NCBI GenBank assembly: GCA_048885865.1
Contig: JBHLLF010000005.1
Location: 32,001 to 96,000 of the forward strand
Origin: Candidatus Hermodarchaeota archaeon
Lineage (GTDB): Archaea; Asgardarchaeota; Thorarchaeia; Thorarchaeales; Thorarchaeaceae
Direction: 5' to 3'
DNA: 64,000 nt
The notes under the pieces are model-generated. The model did not search any database and was not told the origin of the DNA. It saw nothing but the letters and a program-made list of their open reading frames with translations. The position numbers and the translations under genes are program-made. This document shows, piece after piece, positions 17,605 through 27,431 of the stretch (position 1 is the stretch's first letter; each line of letters starts with the position of its first letter).

Positions 17605-19641
17605 CTACTCCCCCTCCCCTGACAAGGCCTTCTTCATTGATCTCACCTGTGACAGAAAACCAGTGACATCATCGTTCCAAGTCCCATCGTCAGACAGTAG
17701 ACGTTGATACAGAGTTCTGGTGTAGTTCCATAATGCCCTTGGCTGGAGGCACCGAATTGTAAGCCCCTCTTCCTGCCCCCTTGCAGGCAACTCGGCCATT
17801 AAACTATAAACGTCTTCATTTGGCATTCTGGAGAAGACAATCAGCATCTTCCCTTCATCATCAATCATTACCAGTGAAATGGGAGTGTACTCAAGGAACG
17901 CATTTGCAAGAGCATATACACTTCCAGGTGATCCCTGAACAACGGTGAACAGAGAAATAAGACTAGGCTCATCTGGTTGATACGCAATATTCACTATCTC
18001 CTTCTCCGAGAACCGCGTCAGGACTGATTTTACCTTAGCCCTAGTCAGACCCAAATAATCCATGAGCTTCTTGTCCTCAAAATCGGCTAAGTAGAAAGTG
18101 CTAGCAGCAGTATCAAGTACCTTGGCCTCATCATGATTGATTTGATGAATCTGTGTACCCTTCCATTTTCCGTGGCGTGATTTGAGCTTCCGAATTGTAC
18201 TTTTCCTTGCAACAGACTCCACAATCTTGGTTGTGGAGGTCTTCCATCCCTCATTGCTATCGAAAAGTTGGTGATTCACAACTCTTGCAGACCACGCAAC
18301 GTCCGTCACACTGGGTAGCGCTCTTCGAACACGCTCTGCAGAGTGTGGCGGCATATGCATGATCTGTAGATAAGGAGGACTCTCTCCCAATTCTCCCAGT
18401 CTGGTAATCCATGCCATATGTTTGTGGGGCCACCTATGGGCCGAACCGAAATATGCCAGAGTATGAAGGCCAATTGCACGCGTCTTGATATGTGCTCGTA
18501 GTTGTACGCCAGAACTTAGCAGAGCAAAACGGTTTATCCATGCTTTTGTGCTGCGTTTTGCAGCTGATCTACTCACAGGCAACGAATTGGCGACACTGTC
18601 AGCCTGATTGAGGTCAATAATGAATTTCCTAACACGACCATACCAACTAGGAAACATTGCGTATACTTTCTCCCAGAATATCAACCAAGGTGTTCTCTCA
18701 GCTAGTGTCGGTGAGGGGCGATCTGGGAGTTCCAGCTGTCTTCTCTCAGCCATGTTCATTAGTCGAACATACTGCGGAGGGTCCACGCCATCGATAATGC
18801 ACTGAATATGTCCCATGACGAGTGCTCGTAGAGTTGGAGTGGCATTTAGTCCTCCAAAGAAATCAACCGGATCAGATTTGGGAATCTCTCTCTTTGTAAT
18901 CCATGCAAGAAATGCCATTAGTTCTTCTCGAACATCTGATGGGAAAGATAGAGGCACCAAGGGCTCTAACGACTCCTGCATATCTCTTCCAATTTTCAGG
19001 TCTGGTATAACAACGCCCTTTATCAGCTCCGCAATCTTCTCTAGGGGAGGCGATGGTGCTTTGAGCATCCGTAGCGCATTCTCTCTAGCTCTTTCGGGAT
19101 CCTCTTGACCAAAGTATCTATTCACAGACTCGATTAGTTCCCAATCCTCCTGCAGTTCCAGGATCCCACCCTCATATTTCTGAATCATGTGACTCTCGTA
19201 TATCGTTTCTGAGCTGCTATCAGAAATCGTAAGCCAATAATTCTGGCTATCCTTTACAGGCTGCACTATGAAGATTGCCTCCTCCTTGCCGCCCAAAACC
19301 CTGCCATACCATCCCACTGTGGCTGGAGGCCAAAATGGGTCTGGCATCTGTCCCATCCCTCGTGAGTATGGTTTCTTTGTCACAAGTATCGGCTTGAGGA
19401 ATACCTCGAGCTTCTGGTCGAGCGGTTCAGCCTGACTCCTTCCATCCTTTCCGACAACGATTGTAGTCAATGGGGTGAAGTATTCGTCACCAGAACCGGC
19501 ATGGAGTACTTCTCCGGTGATGGATCTTATCATCACGCCGTCTTTTGATACTACTAGGTCTCCCTTATCTCCTGAACTACAGTAGACGGGCAAGCTTGTG
19601 AACCTAGTCCACTCTCTCAACCAGCTGCACACTCTTCCCAA
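17605..19641 (-). CDS. Large hypothetical protein with possible C-terminal wHTH/Lrp-like region
   Basis: 678-aa ORF; LMDYLGLTRAKVKSVLTRFSEKEIV looks like an HTH; start uncertain. Confidence 0.7.
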   Translation of the reverse strand: MGRVCSWLREWTRFTSLPVYCSSGDKGDLVVSKDGVMIRSITGEVLHAGSGDEYFTPLTTIVVGKDGRSQAEPLDQKLEVFLKPILVTKKPYSRGMGQMPDPFWPPATVGWYGRVLGGKEEAIFIVQPVKDSQNYWLTISDSSSETIYESHMIQKYEGGILELQEDWELIESVNRYFGQEDPERARENALRMLKAPSPPLEKIAELIKGVVIPDLKIGRDMQESLEPLVPLSFPSDVREELMAFLAWITKREIPKSDPVDFFGGLNATPTLRALVMGHIQCIIDGVDPPQYVRLMNMAERRQLELPDRPSPTLAERTPWLIFWEKVYAMFPSWYGRVRKFIIDLNQADSVANSLPVSRSAAKRSTKAWINRFALLSSGVQLRAHIKTRAIGLHTLAYFGSAHRWPHKHMAWITRLGELGESPPYLQIMHMPPHSAERVRRALPSVTDVAWSARVVNHQLFDSNEGWKTSTTKIVESVARKSTIRKLKSRHGKWKGTQIHQINHDEAKVLDTAASTFYLADFEDKKLMDYLGLTRAKVKSVLTRFSEKEIVNIAYQPDEPSLISLFTVVQGSPGSVYALANAFLEYTPISLVMIDDEGKMLIVFSRMPNEDVYSLMAELPARGQEEGLTIRCLQPRALWNYTRTLYQRLLSDDGTWNDDVTGFLSQVRSMKKALSGEGE

Positions 19642-19686
19642 TCAGACTTTGGGTCGAATATTAGATTATCCATGCATGTATAGGAG

Positions 19687-19807
19687 TGAGTAGCGGGCAG
19701 TGAGTTCTTGGCTTGATAGCTAGATCAAAAAGCCTGATTGCTACCAAGGTTCAGGGTAAAATGGTCTACCTGGATGCTTTGATTTCATTGACTTGCTCAC
19801 CTACTCA
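19687..19807 (+). ncRNA. Candidate multi-branch structured RNA
   Basis: Closing stem TGAGTAG/CTACTCA plus two internal hairpins in a gene-free gap. Confidence 0.3.
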
Positions 19808-19968
19808 GCCGTCGTGTTCCTTGAACGTTAACTTCCAATAGGCGAGTTTTACATTCGGGCCCTCATGATCTGTCGAAAACTGGCATCTAGAAGCTTCATC
19901 ATAGCATCTTCATGAGTGGTCTTTATTACACTCATAATGAAAATGACTTGTTTGCCACACAGAATACT

Positions 19969-20835
19969 CTAAGAACTGGCATCCTTGCTTACGAGAAGGC
20001 CTCTCAATTTATGCAATGGTAGCCTGATTTTCCCCTTGATATGTAAAATTGTCAATATAATTGACAGGAAAAATGATCCCCAAAGAAGAATCGCCACAGC
20101 TGCATCAAAGGCCACAAACCATGGTGCTATGCCATCCAAGGTTGCTGTGAGATAATTCGAATCAAATGTATATGTCGTACTACCTGCATTCTGAAGAACA
20201 GATGCACTCGGATCGATCTCATTATTGTATTTCTCTATCCTTATCTGGATATCCTCTTCCGAGAGGAGGAATTCAGAACCATCATCCATGACAAATGTGA
20301 GTCCTGAGAAAACGAATGTGCCTCCGTACTCAGCGATATGAGACGTCACTGCGTCGTCATCTAAGATGGATGTTGTGACTACCAATTGACCGTCCTTAAT
20401 TGTATCATTGAGCATGAACATCGAATGAATCGAAAGCAGGTCATGTGGAAATCCTGCACTATCATGCCACTTGGGGTAGAATGCAATATAGTCAGCCAAT
20501 ACGTTTCTAACCACTGGTCTTCCCAACATAGTCCTCCCATAATAGAACCCTACAAGGAGGTTCAAGGAGTGCTTACTGTAGTATAGACTACCTCCTATGT
20601 TTTCCAGCGAATATGTGTATGTGACTTTGAATGTAGCACGAATTAAGAATAGCTCCACGCCGTCCTCGAGTTGGAATGACAGTCTGTAACCAAACTTGTC
20701 TATGGTCCTCATCCTTAGGGCTGGAACAAAATCACGACCTTGAATATCAGCAGCATGAGCAGAAGGCAGCATGACTCCAGGAATCACCATTAGAAGGATA
20801 AGGGCCCATGTCAAGGGACGTCCAGCCCGAGTCAT
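19969..20835 (-). CDS. Hypothetical exported protein with C-terminal TM anchor
   Basis: Signal-peptide-like N-terminus (..SAHA), beta-rich middle, C-terminal TM and basic tail. Confidence 0.75.
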   Translation of the reverse strand: MTRAGRPLTWALILLMVIPGVMLPSAHAADIQGRDFVPALRMRTIDKFGYRLSFQLEDGVELFLIRATFKVTYTYSLENIGGSLYYSKHSLNLLVGFYYGRTMLGRPVVRNVLADYIAFYPKWHDSAGFPHDLLSIHSMFMLNDTIKDGQLVVTTSILDDDAVTSHIAEYGGTFVFSGLTFVMDDGSEFLLSEEDIQIRIEKYNNEIDPSASVLQNAGSTTYTFDSNYLTATLDGIAPWFVAFDAAVAILLWGSFFLSIILTILHIKGKIRLPLHKLRGLLVSKDASS

Positions 20836-20985
20836 GATGATGCTACAACTCCGAATTGTGTGAAAACAGACTACCTGTAGCTAAAAAGTGGTTGCTATAT
20901 CAGCAATTGCGGCAAATTAGAGAACCTTATGGAACCTGATTGACGAAAGGTTCTTAACTCGTTCCAGCATCCTGCCCCTCGATTC

Positions 20986-21123
20986 GGGGCGGTGGCCTAG
21001 TCCGGTATGGCGACGGGCTCCAGATCTAGATGCATTTCGCGTCTGAATAGCGGGGTCAAAACGCTGACCGTCGTCGTAGAAGACACTCGTCGATCGTGGG
21101 TTCGAATCCCATCCGCCCCACCA
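20986..21123 (+). tRNA. tRNA-Trp(CCA) with 61-nt intron at 37/38 (21024-21084)
   Basis: GGGGCGG/CCGCCCC acceptor stem, ACGGG-CTCCAG|A-CTCGT anticodon arm, GTTCGAATC, encoded CCA; relaxed BHB. Confidence 0.92.
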
Positions 21124-21182
21124 CTTTCAATTCTACGCGAGCTGTCGAGTATACAATAAGCAAGATGGAACGGTCCCAGAAC

Positions 21183-21872
21183 ATGAGCAATAAGGGGGAA
21201 GTCTTGAGAGGAGTGGCAGGGATTGACGAGGCAGGCCGAGGGCCAATGATAGGGCCCCTGGTTGTCGCTGGAGTCTTGGTTCGCGAAGATAAGCTACCAG
21301 GGCTTGAAGCCAGTGGAGTGAGAGATTCAAAGACACTCTCTCCAAAACGGAGGGGCATCTTGGCAGAAGTGATTACTGGGCTTGTTGATAGGACTGAGAT
21401 AAGTGTCATAACGGCAGCTGAGATAGATGGTCTTAGAGGCAGAGGAGTTTCTCTCAATGAGATTGAGGTTCAGCAGTTCGTTTCAGTCCTCTCAAAGCTG
21501 CGTCCAAAGACTGCTTATCTTGATGCAGCAGATGTCAAAGCAGATAGATTCGGGGACATCATTGGAAACCGGAGTGGGCTAACAGCCCTTGGCTGCAAGA
21601 TCATATCAGAACATAAGGCTGACTCGAAGTTTCCAATCGTGTCTGCTGCATCGATTATTGCGAAAGAAGAACGAGAACGCATAATTGCTAGTCTACATCA
21701 AGAATATGGCAACTTTGGTTCTGGCTATCCCTCAGATCCAACTTCTATAGATTTCATCCGCAGGCTCATTGAAGATGGAGAAAAACTCCCCCCGATTGTG
21801 AGAAAGAGTTGGGAGTCCGTTAGAAGACTTCAGGATGATGCAGAAACAACACAAAAGAAACTAGGTGTCTAG
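21183..21872 (+). CDS. rnhB: Ribonuclease HII
   Basis: GIDEAGRG, DSKTL, HKAD, VSAASIIAK, GSGYPSDP; start trimmed to avoid the tRNA. Confidence 0.96.
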   Translation: MSNKGEVLRGVAGIDEAGRGPMIGPLVVAGVLVREDKLPGLEASGVRDSKTLSPKRRGILAEVITGLVDRTEISVITAAEIDGLRGRGVSLNEIEVQQFVSVLSKLRPKTAYLDAADVKADRFGDIIGNRSGLTALGCKIISEHKADSKFPIVSAASIIAKEERERIIASLHQEYGNFGSGYPSDPTSIDFIRRLIEDGEKLPPIVRKSWESVRRLQDDAETTQKKLGV

Positions 21873-21875
21873 GCT

Positions 21876-22835
21876 TCATTCAGACCTCTCGCTGATTATC
21901 TTCTTCAGCTCATGAGGTTCGTCAATATCTTCGAGTTCTATCTGTCTAATAACAGGCAAATCTGAAACAGCCTGTTCGGTTTGCCCCTCCTCCACAATGA
22001 GCACAGCATCTGACTCTGTGACCTCGGACACACTCTTGAGAATCTCCACTCGCCTTTTCAGAGCCTTGCTCTTGATTGAACCCACACCTGTCATCAGAGG
22101 CGGGCCTTCTTCTTTTGCGATTACATGGAATGGAGCTCTATCGGTCCATAACACACTCATCTCCAGCTTCTCAAAGAAGTCTTTCACTCGTTTGGCTAGG
22201 TCAAGGTTTTCTATCGATGCTGCTGTCTGAGGCTGTTCATCAGGAATTACTACGGAACTTAGCAGGTCCACAGGAATAACCAGGTCGGTCTTCAATTCTC
22301 TCTCAAGTTTGCCTGCTGCGTCAACACTGACCGCCATCTCATTCTTCTCATAGGCCAAGACAGCCCTTGCAGAGACCTGAATGCAATCGGCCAGTTCCTC
22401 CTGAGTCATGTTGAGGGAGAGCCTGACCTCCTTCAGTTTCTCGCCATCTATGGACACGAATCGCCCTCCACGCTGGATAAACTGTCGAGGCTGCTGCTCT
22501 TCGACGATCATCCTCTCAAAACTGTGAGGTGCAATGGTTGGGACACCATACCTCTTGTACACAACGCCATCGTCAAGAGCTCCTCTTCGAGTAGTCTTGC
22601 CCACAATCAATGGAATGGCATCGAAGAACTGAGCTACGAGCTGCAATATAATGGCATCGTCCTTCTTGAATGCATCAATATTAGCGAGGGTCTTAATCAA
22701 AATGATCTTGTCGTCCCTGCGGGCAACCATGTCAAAACAGCTTGGTCTGACATCGCAATGCGATGATATATCGAACCCAGCCTCCACTAGATGTGATGTG
22801 ACTTCTTGCATCAGCTGAGTTCGGGCTTTTGTCAT
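21876..22835 (-). CDS. Archaeal Cro/C1-type HTH transcriptional regulator
   Basis: SCFDMVARR N-domain, RGGRFVSIDGE, HTH MTQEELADCIQVSARAVLAYE. Confidence 0.85.
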   Translation of the reverse strand: MTKARTQLMQEVTSHLVEAGFDISSHCDVRPSCFDMVARRDDKIILIKTLANIDAFKKDDAIILQLVAQFFDAIPLIVGKTTRRGALDDGVVYKRYGVPTIAPHSFERMIVEEQQPRQFIQRGGRFVSIDGEKLKEVRLSLNMTQEELADCIQVSARAVLAYEKNEMAVSVDAAGKLERELKTDLVIPVDLLSSVVIPDEQPQTAASIENLDLAKRVKDFFEKLEMSVLWTDRAPFHVIAKEEGPPLMTGVGSIKSKALKRRVEILKSVSEVTESDAVLIVEEGQTEQAVSDLPVIRQIELEDIDEPHELKKIISERSE

Positions 22836-22906
22836 TATTACTCGGACCTAAGGACTCATCTGCCTTTGAAGGTTTTTAGCCATTGCTGATTGTGAAAAAT
22901 GCTAGA

Positions 22907-23365
22907 CTACTGAAGCGCTTCATCATTATTCTGCGTAGAGGTAACAAAGCCAATGCATGATGTAGAGGGCAATTTCCGTCTTATTGCCTGCACTTGGGGG
23001 CGCATGAGCTTCTCAATGGGTTTCCATTTCTGAAAATCCTCCCATTCTAGGTCAACATATCCTAGCAGATGGTGAACCATAAAGAGTTCTGCTTTGCCTC
23101 CTGCTATAGTGTAGATTCCAGTGCCATAGTCCATTCTACGTAGAATCACTACAGGAAGTCTGATTTCATTATGGAATTTCGAGGGTACCAGCTTCAAGAG
23201 TGCAGCTATCTCCTCCTTCTTGAGGATAGACTTCTCCCCATTTCTTGTCATATAATGTGGGTCTTCTAATTCAGCCAATTCACTCAGAGTGAATCTATTG
23301 GTGGGCATGTGGTCATTTATGGAATCAATCTCATGCTGAACAATCTTGTCGATTGGCGGAGTCAC
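22907..23365 (-). CDS. DUF61-like protein
   Basis: IN.H.P....L.EL, LPVVILR; in the nop5-fibrillarin operon. Confidence 0.7.
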   Translation of the reverse strand: MTPPIDKIVQHEIDSINDHMPTNRFTLSELAELEDPHYMTRNGEKSILKKEEIAALLKLVPSKFHNEIRLPVVILRRMDYGTGIYTIAGGKAELFMVHHLLGYVDLEWEDFQKWKPIEKLMRPQVQAIRRKLPSTSCIGFVTSTQNNDEALQ

Positions 23366-24063
23366 TTTTGCCCCTCCGTGACACGACAGACTAAGAATCG
23401 ATGGTCTTTCTCCAAGGGATCAAGGTTCACATTCTCAATCACCTCAAGACCTTGGGAGTCCAATATGGCTATCTCGTTGCTGTAGATCTCATCAATCGGT
23501 GCAGTCGAGTCTATGCTTCTTGCTTTAAGAGCAATCAATCCCCATGCACCGAATCCGCAAAAAATCCTGATGTTATCGCTGAGAATACGTGCCTGATTCG
23601 GCTGTGCAATGTCTTGATAGACTACATCAATAGGTCCAGCTATGAATGGAGCATACTTCGTCGGGTGTCTTGCGTCCTCAATGATTGGTATGATGTTATT
23701 CCGTGATTCAGCTAGTTGGAGGAGTCCTCGAGCCGTGCGTGCTGAGAACTCAACAGCATAAACGATTCCTTGGTCGCCCACAATATCTGAACAGTGACTA
23801 ACGGTGGTTCCTGATGCTGCACCAAGATACAGGACTCTGGACCCTGGCTGGATTGGCATCTCCATGACCCCCTTTTGGATTGCTGCAGCCAGCTTGGACC
23901 TTCGAGGATTCCATAGCCGAAATTCTCCTTTTCCCTCAATATTCAGGATCCTTTCCCCATAGACGCTCTGTCCGGAAACAATACTCCGCGTAGCAAGGGA
24001 TGATTTGGATTTGTCAACGACTTGGAAGACGCCTGGAAACTTGTGACTCTTTACTTCTGTCAT
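23362..24063 (-). CDS. flpA: Fibrillarin-like 2'-O-methyltransferase
   Basis: WNPRRSKLAA, LYLGAASGTTVSH, DARHP, DIAQPNQ. Confidence 0.97.
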   Translation of the reverse strand: MTEVKSHKFPGVFQVVDKSKSSLATRSIVSGQSVYGERILNIEGKGEFRLWNPRRSKLAAAIQKGVMEMPIQPGSRVLYLGAASGTTVSHCSDIVGDQGIVYAVEFSARTARGLLQLAESRNNIIPIIEDARHPTKYAPFIAGPIDVVYQDIAQPNQARILSDNIRIFCGFGAWGLIALKARSIDSTAPIDEIYSNEIAILDSQGLEVIENVNLDPLEKDHRFLVCRVTEGQK

Positions 24064-25310
24064 TTCTTCTTCGCACCTCGTTTCCTATTCTGCCTAGTAC
24101 GGTCTCTCCCGCGCTTTGCTGGTTTCTTGGTGACTTTTTTCACAGGCTTTGGCGGTGGTTCCTCCGCATTCTGTCTCTGAATCTCATCAACTCTCTGAAG
24201 GAATTTCTTCTTGAGATCTGTTCCTATGTTTCTCTTGGAATACGCATCGATACGCGCAGCAATGGCTATTTTCCCTGCCAGCGCTCTTGCGATTTTTCCT
24301 CTTTGCCAATATGGGGCACTATGAACTTCAGGGACTTGATAGATGATTCCATGCTTCGGTGGATCTGTTCCAGTCTTCAGACTTCTAAACAGTGCCTTTT
24401 CCGCGCCATAGATTTGGACTGTGCTTGACGGCTTCTGAGCAAGACCCTTCAACGATCCAGCGAGGCTGATTAAGCGAGCCCCTACCATCGGACCAACGAG
24501 AGCGGTGATGTTAGGTGCAACAGATTCCATCATCTGACCAACATATTCCTCAATCTCGCGTCTCTTCGCATAGAGCGTCTGAACGGTATTTGCTAGACTT
24601 TGTGCGATAGACAGATCGTTTGCTTCGAAAGGTGCCCCTAGGTCTCTTGGCACTGCACTCATAATACTCTCAATCTGTTGTGCCGAGCATCCGGCTTCTG
24701 ATAGGCATTCAGAATCGATGCTTGAACGGCCTCCACATATGCTCACCACATTTGCAAACACTTCGTGGTCTTCTACTAGGTCGTTCAATGAAGGGTGATG
24801 AAGCGAATACCATTCTCTCAGCCTCATTGCTAGAATGTTGATGGACCTATCAACCTCACTGATTGCATCTATTGCATGTTTCACAAGAAGGTCCTTTTCT
24901 TCACTAGCGGCCGTGATTGTTGCTCGAGCGATACGGACAGCCACCTCCCGTCTAAATGATACAACATCTTCCTTCTCTTTCGCAAGGTCTGATTTCAATA
25001 AGTATGAGTCCTGAGCATCTCGGAAGGTCTTGAACATAGCTGATGTTTCCTTGACACTTACAGGGATTTGAGTTAGGCCAGACAATGCCCGACCCATCAT
25101 TCCATTCTCAACCACAACAGTATCGACGCCAAGCTTCGCAAATTCCTCTGCCATGTCCTCCAAGAGTTCTGTGGGCTGTCCTTCCCCAAGCACTGTGAAC
25201 TGGGAAGACATCTTTTCCACATCGGGGTACACGATCTGTTCTGAGATGACCTTCCCTCTCTCATTAAGCAAGAAGAGACCAAAGCTAGTGAGGACCAAAT
25301 GAGCTTCCAA
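24060..25310 (-). CDS. nop5: C/D box RNP subunit Nop5
   Basis: RLREWY, GARLISLAG, STVQIYGAEKALF, PKHGIIY, ARID. Confidence 0.96.
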   Translation of the reverse strand: MEAHLVLTSFGLFLLNERGKVISEQIVYPDVEKMSSQFTVLGEGQPTELLEDMAEEFAKLGVDTVVVENGMMGRALSGLTQIPVSVKETSAMFKTFRDAQDSYLLKSDLAKEKEDVVSFRREVAVRIARATITAASEEKDLLVKHAIDAISEVDRSINILAMRLREWYSLHHPSLNDLVEDHEVFANVVSICGGRSSIDSECLSEAGCSAQQIESIMSAVPRDLGAPFEANDLSIAQSLANTVQTLYAKRREIEEYVGQMMESVAPNITALVGPMVGARLISLAGSLKGLAQKPSSTVQIYGAEKALFRSLKTGTDPPKHGIIYQVPEVHSAPYWQRGKIARALAGKIAIAARIDAYSKRNIGTDLKKKFLQRVDEIQRQNAEEPPPKPVKKVTKKPAKRGRDRTRQNRKRGAKKK

Positions 25311-25373
25311 ACTATTCTACCCCGAGCTTGATTCACTGCTTGTGAGTCGGATAAGTTTAGTGCTAGACGACGT

Positions 25374-26300
25374 TTGTCAGCAGCCGTCTACCTTATTACG
25401 AGTTGGCTGCCAAATTGCCGCCTAGGTGCTCTCTTGAAGATACAAGGATATTGGCTTGCTTCAGGGATTCTGGGAGTCACCAGTTCTACTCTGCGCCGCG
25501 TTCATGAGTCGGGAGCAGATGCTGTTGTGACAAAATCCATTGGTTCTGTGCCAAGAAAGGGCCATCCAGGACCAATCCTTGCTACTTCTCATGGAGGATT
25601 GATCAATGCAGTGGGTCTTACGAATCCTGGCATTGAATCTTTTGTGGACGAGATGGCTGCACTAAAGGAGAGTGGTGTTCCAGTTGTCCTCAGCATCTTT
25701 GGGAACTCACCCAAGGAGTTAGCTGATGTAGCATCAAAAGGCATAGAGATGAAGCCGGAAGCCATTGAGCTGAATCTGTCCTGCCCTCATGCTGAAATTG
25801 CACAGATTGCTCATGACCCCGATCTCACATACCAATTTGTGAAAGCTGTGAAAGGAGTCGTAGATTGTCCGATATTCGCTAAGATTACTCCCAATGCTTC
25901 TGATATTGTCGCAGTAGGAATGGCAGCCGAGCGGGCCGAGGCTGATGCCGTCGTTGCAATCAACACTGTTCGAGCAATGAAGATCGACATTCATCAAAAG
26001 CGTCCTATTCTGGGTAACAGAGTCGGTGGTCTATCTGGCCCTCCCATATTTCCAATTGCTGTAAGGTGCATATACGACCTTCATAATGCACTCTCAATAC
26101 CCATCATAGGTGTGGGCGGAGTGACCACATGGCAGGATGCCGTAGAGATGCATCTTGCTGGTGCTAGGGCGATCCAAATTGGAACTGCAATGATGGATGG
26201 AATTGGTGTCTTTAGACATATCAAGGCGGGCATTCAGAATTATCTCCAAGATGAGGGATTCTCAGAGGTGTCGGAAATAGTGGGTTTAGCTGGGAGGTAG
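25374..26300 (+). CDS. pyrD: Dihydroorotate dehydrogenase type 1B catalytic subunit
   Basis: LASGILG, NAVGLTNPG, ELNLSCPH, INT, GGLSG; true start possibly ~25435. Confidence 0.93.
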   Translation: MSAAVYLITSWLPNCRLGALLKIQGYWLASGILGVTSSTLRRVHESGADAVVTKSIGSVPRKGHPGPILATSHGGLINAVGLTNPGIESFVDEMAALKESGVPVVLSIFGNSPKELADVASKGIEMKPEAIELNLSCPHAEIAQIAHDPDLTYQFVKAVKGVVDCPIFAKITPNASDIVAVGMAAERAEADAVVAINTVRAMKIDIHQKRPILGNRVGGLSGPPIFPIAVRCIYDLHNALSIPIIGVGGVTTWQDAVEMHLAGARAIQIGTAMMDGIGVFRHIKAGIQNYLQDEGFSEVSEIVGLAGR

Positions 26301-26305
26301 GCGTC

Positions 26306-27130
26306 TTGGATCTTGATAGACTAATGGGCCGTCCGATATCTGTAAGAGTCACCAACGTAATCGATGAGAGCGATACCACTCGAACAATCAATTTCAACTA
26401 TCCATTTAGTGACACTCATTTCCAATCCGGCCAATTCATGATGATCTGGGTTCCAGGTGTTGATGAGATTCCAATGAGTGTGTCATACTGGAATCCTCCC
26501 GATGCTGGAGTAACAGTGGCACCTATCGGTGAAGCAACCAATGCTTTGGCCTCATTGAGTGTTGGTCAGCTAATTGGAATTCGTGGACCATTTGGTACTG
26601 CTTTCAATACAGATGCCAAGAAGGCACTTGTAGTTGGTGGTGGCATAGGGATGGCACCATTGAAACCACTCACGTACGAATTACTCGACAAAGAGGCGCA
26701 TGTCACATTGCTGATTGCCGCTAGGACAAAAGGAGAAATCGTGTATTTGAATGAGTTTAAGGGTCTTGGAGGCGATAAATTCCGGCTCCAGACATCTACT
26801 GATGATGGATCTATGGGTTACAAAGGACTTGCAACCGATGCCGTCAAGGAAATTCTGGAGGGAGAAACTCCGGATACAATCTATACATGCGGTCCTGAAC
26901 TGATGATGTTGGGCCTCTACGAGCTGGCAAAGGAACACGATATCTACTTTCAAGCCTCACTAGAGCGTTTCATGAAGTGCGGATGTGGAATCTGTGGGAC
27001 TTGTGCCCTTGATCCTACGGGTGATCTCGTCTGTATCGAAGGTCCTGTCTTTGACGGTGACCAACTATCAAATATCACTGAGTTTGGAAAGTTCCATCGT
27101 GATTCAATGGGCTTAAAGAAACAGTGCTGA
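26306..27130 (+). CDS. pyrK: Dihydroorotate dehydrogenase electron transfer subunit
   Basis: GQFMMIW, RGPFG, GGGIG, CGP, MKCGCGICGTC. Confidence 0.93.
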   Translation: MDLDRLMGRPISVRVTNVIDESDTTRTINFNYPFSDTHFQSGQFMMIWVPGVDEIPMSVSYWNPPDAGVTVAPIGEATNALASLSVGQLIGIRGPFGTAFNTDAKKALVVGGGIGMAPLKPLTYELLDKEAHVTLLIAARTKGEIVYLNEFKGLGGDKFRLQTSTDDGSMGYKGLATDAVKEILEGETPDTIYTCGPELMMLGLYELAKEHDIYFQASLERFMKCGCGICGTCALDPTGDLVCIEGPVFDGDQLSNITEFGKFHRDSMGLKKQC

Positions 27131-27132
27131 TA

Positions 27133-27300
27133 CTACCTAGTCTTGGCCTGTCCGACCAACTTCCCTTTAACAAATCGCTTTGTGAAGTTCCTCTTATTGC
27201 GAACTCGAGGAATAGGTGTGTGGCGTTCACGCCCTTTGACCTTTGGAGTTGACTCTCGGACCTTTCCAGCCTTTGTCAATGAACCATGTGAACCAGGCAT
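27133..27300 (-). CDS. rps30e: 30S ribosomal protein eS30 (absent from the ORF track)
   Basis: Hand translation: [55 protein letters not shown]. Confidence 0.95.
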   Translation of the reverse strand: MPGSHGSLTKAGKVRESTPKVKGRERHTPIPRVRNKRNFTKRFVKGKLVGQAKTR

Positions 27301-27431
27301 ATTGTTTACCTCTCCGGTTGTATATCTGGAAAACTTGTTGTTGTTTTAAGGATTACCTTGTGGAATGGCATCTGCAACGCGCTTTGGCAGACCGCATCCT
27401 TTAACCGGATACTGGGGTCTAGCTTCTTGGA

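Noticed and set aside
22842-22851. TCGGACCTAA identical to 3260-3269
   Set aside because: A 10-bp match at the ribosome-binding position of the regulator gene; chance is sufficient.
27128-27349. pyrK ends TGC-TGA with an open frame continuing, as a possible selenocysteine read-through
   Set aside because: PyrK is already complete and the continuation is the antisense of rps30e; no SECIS seen.
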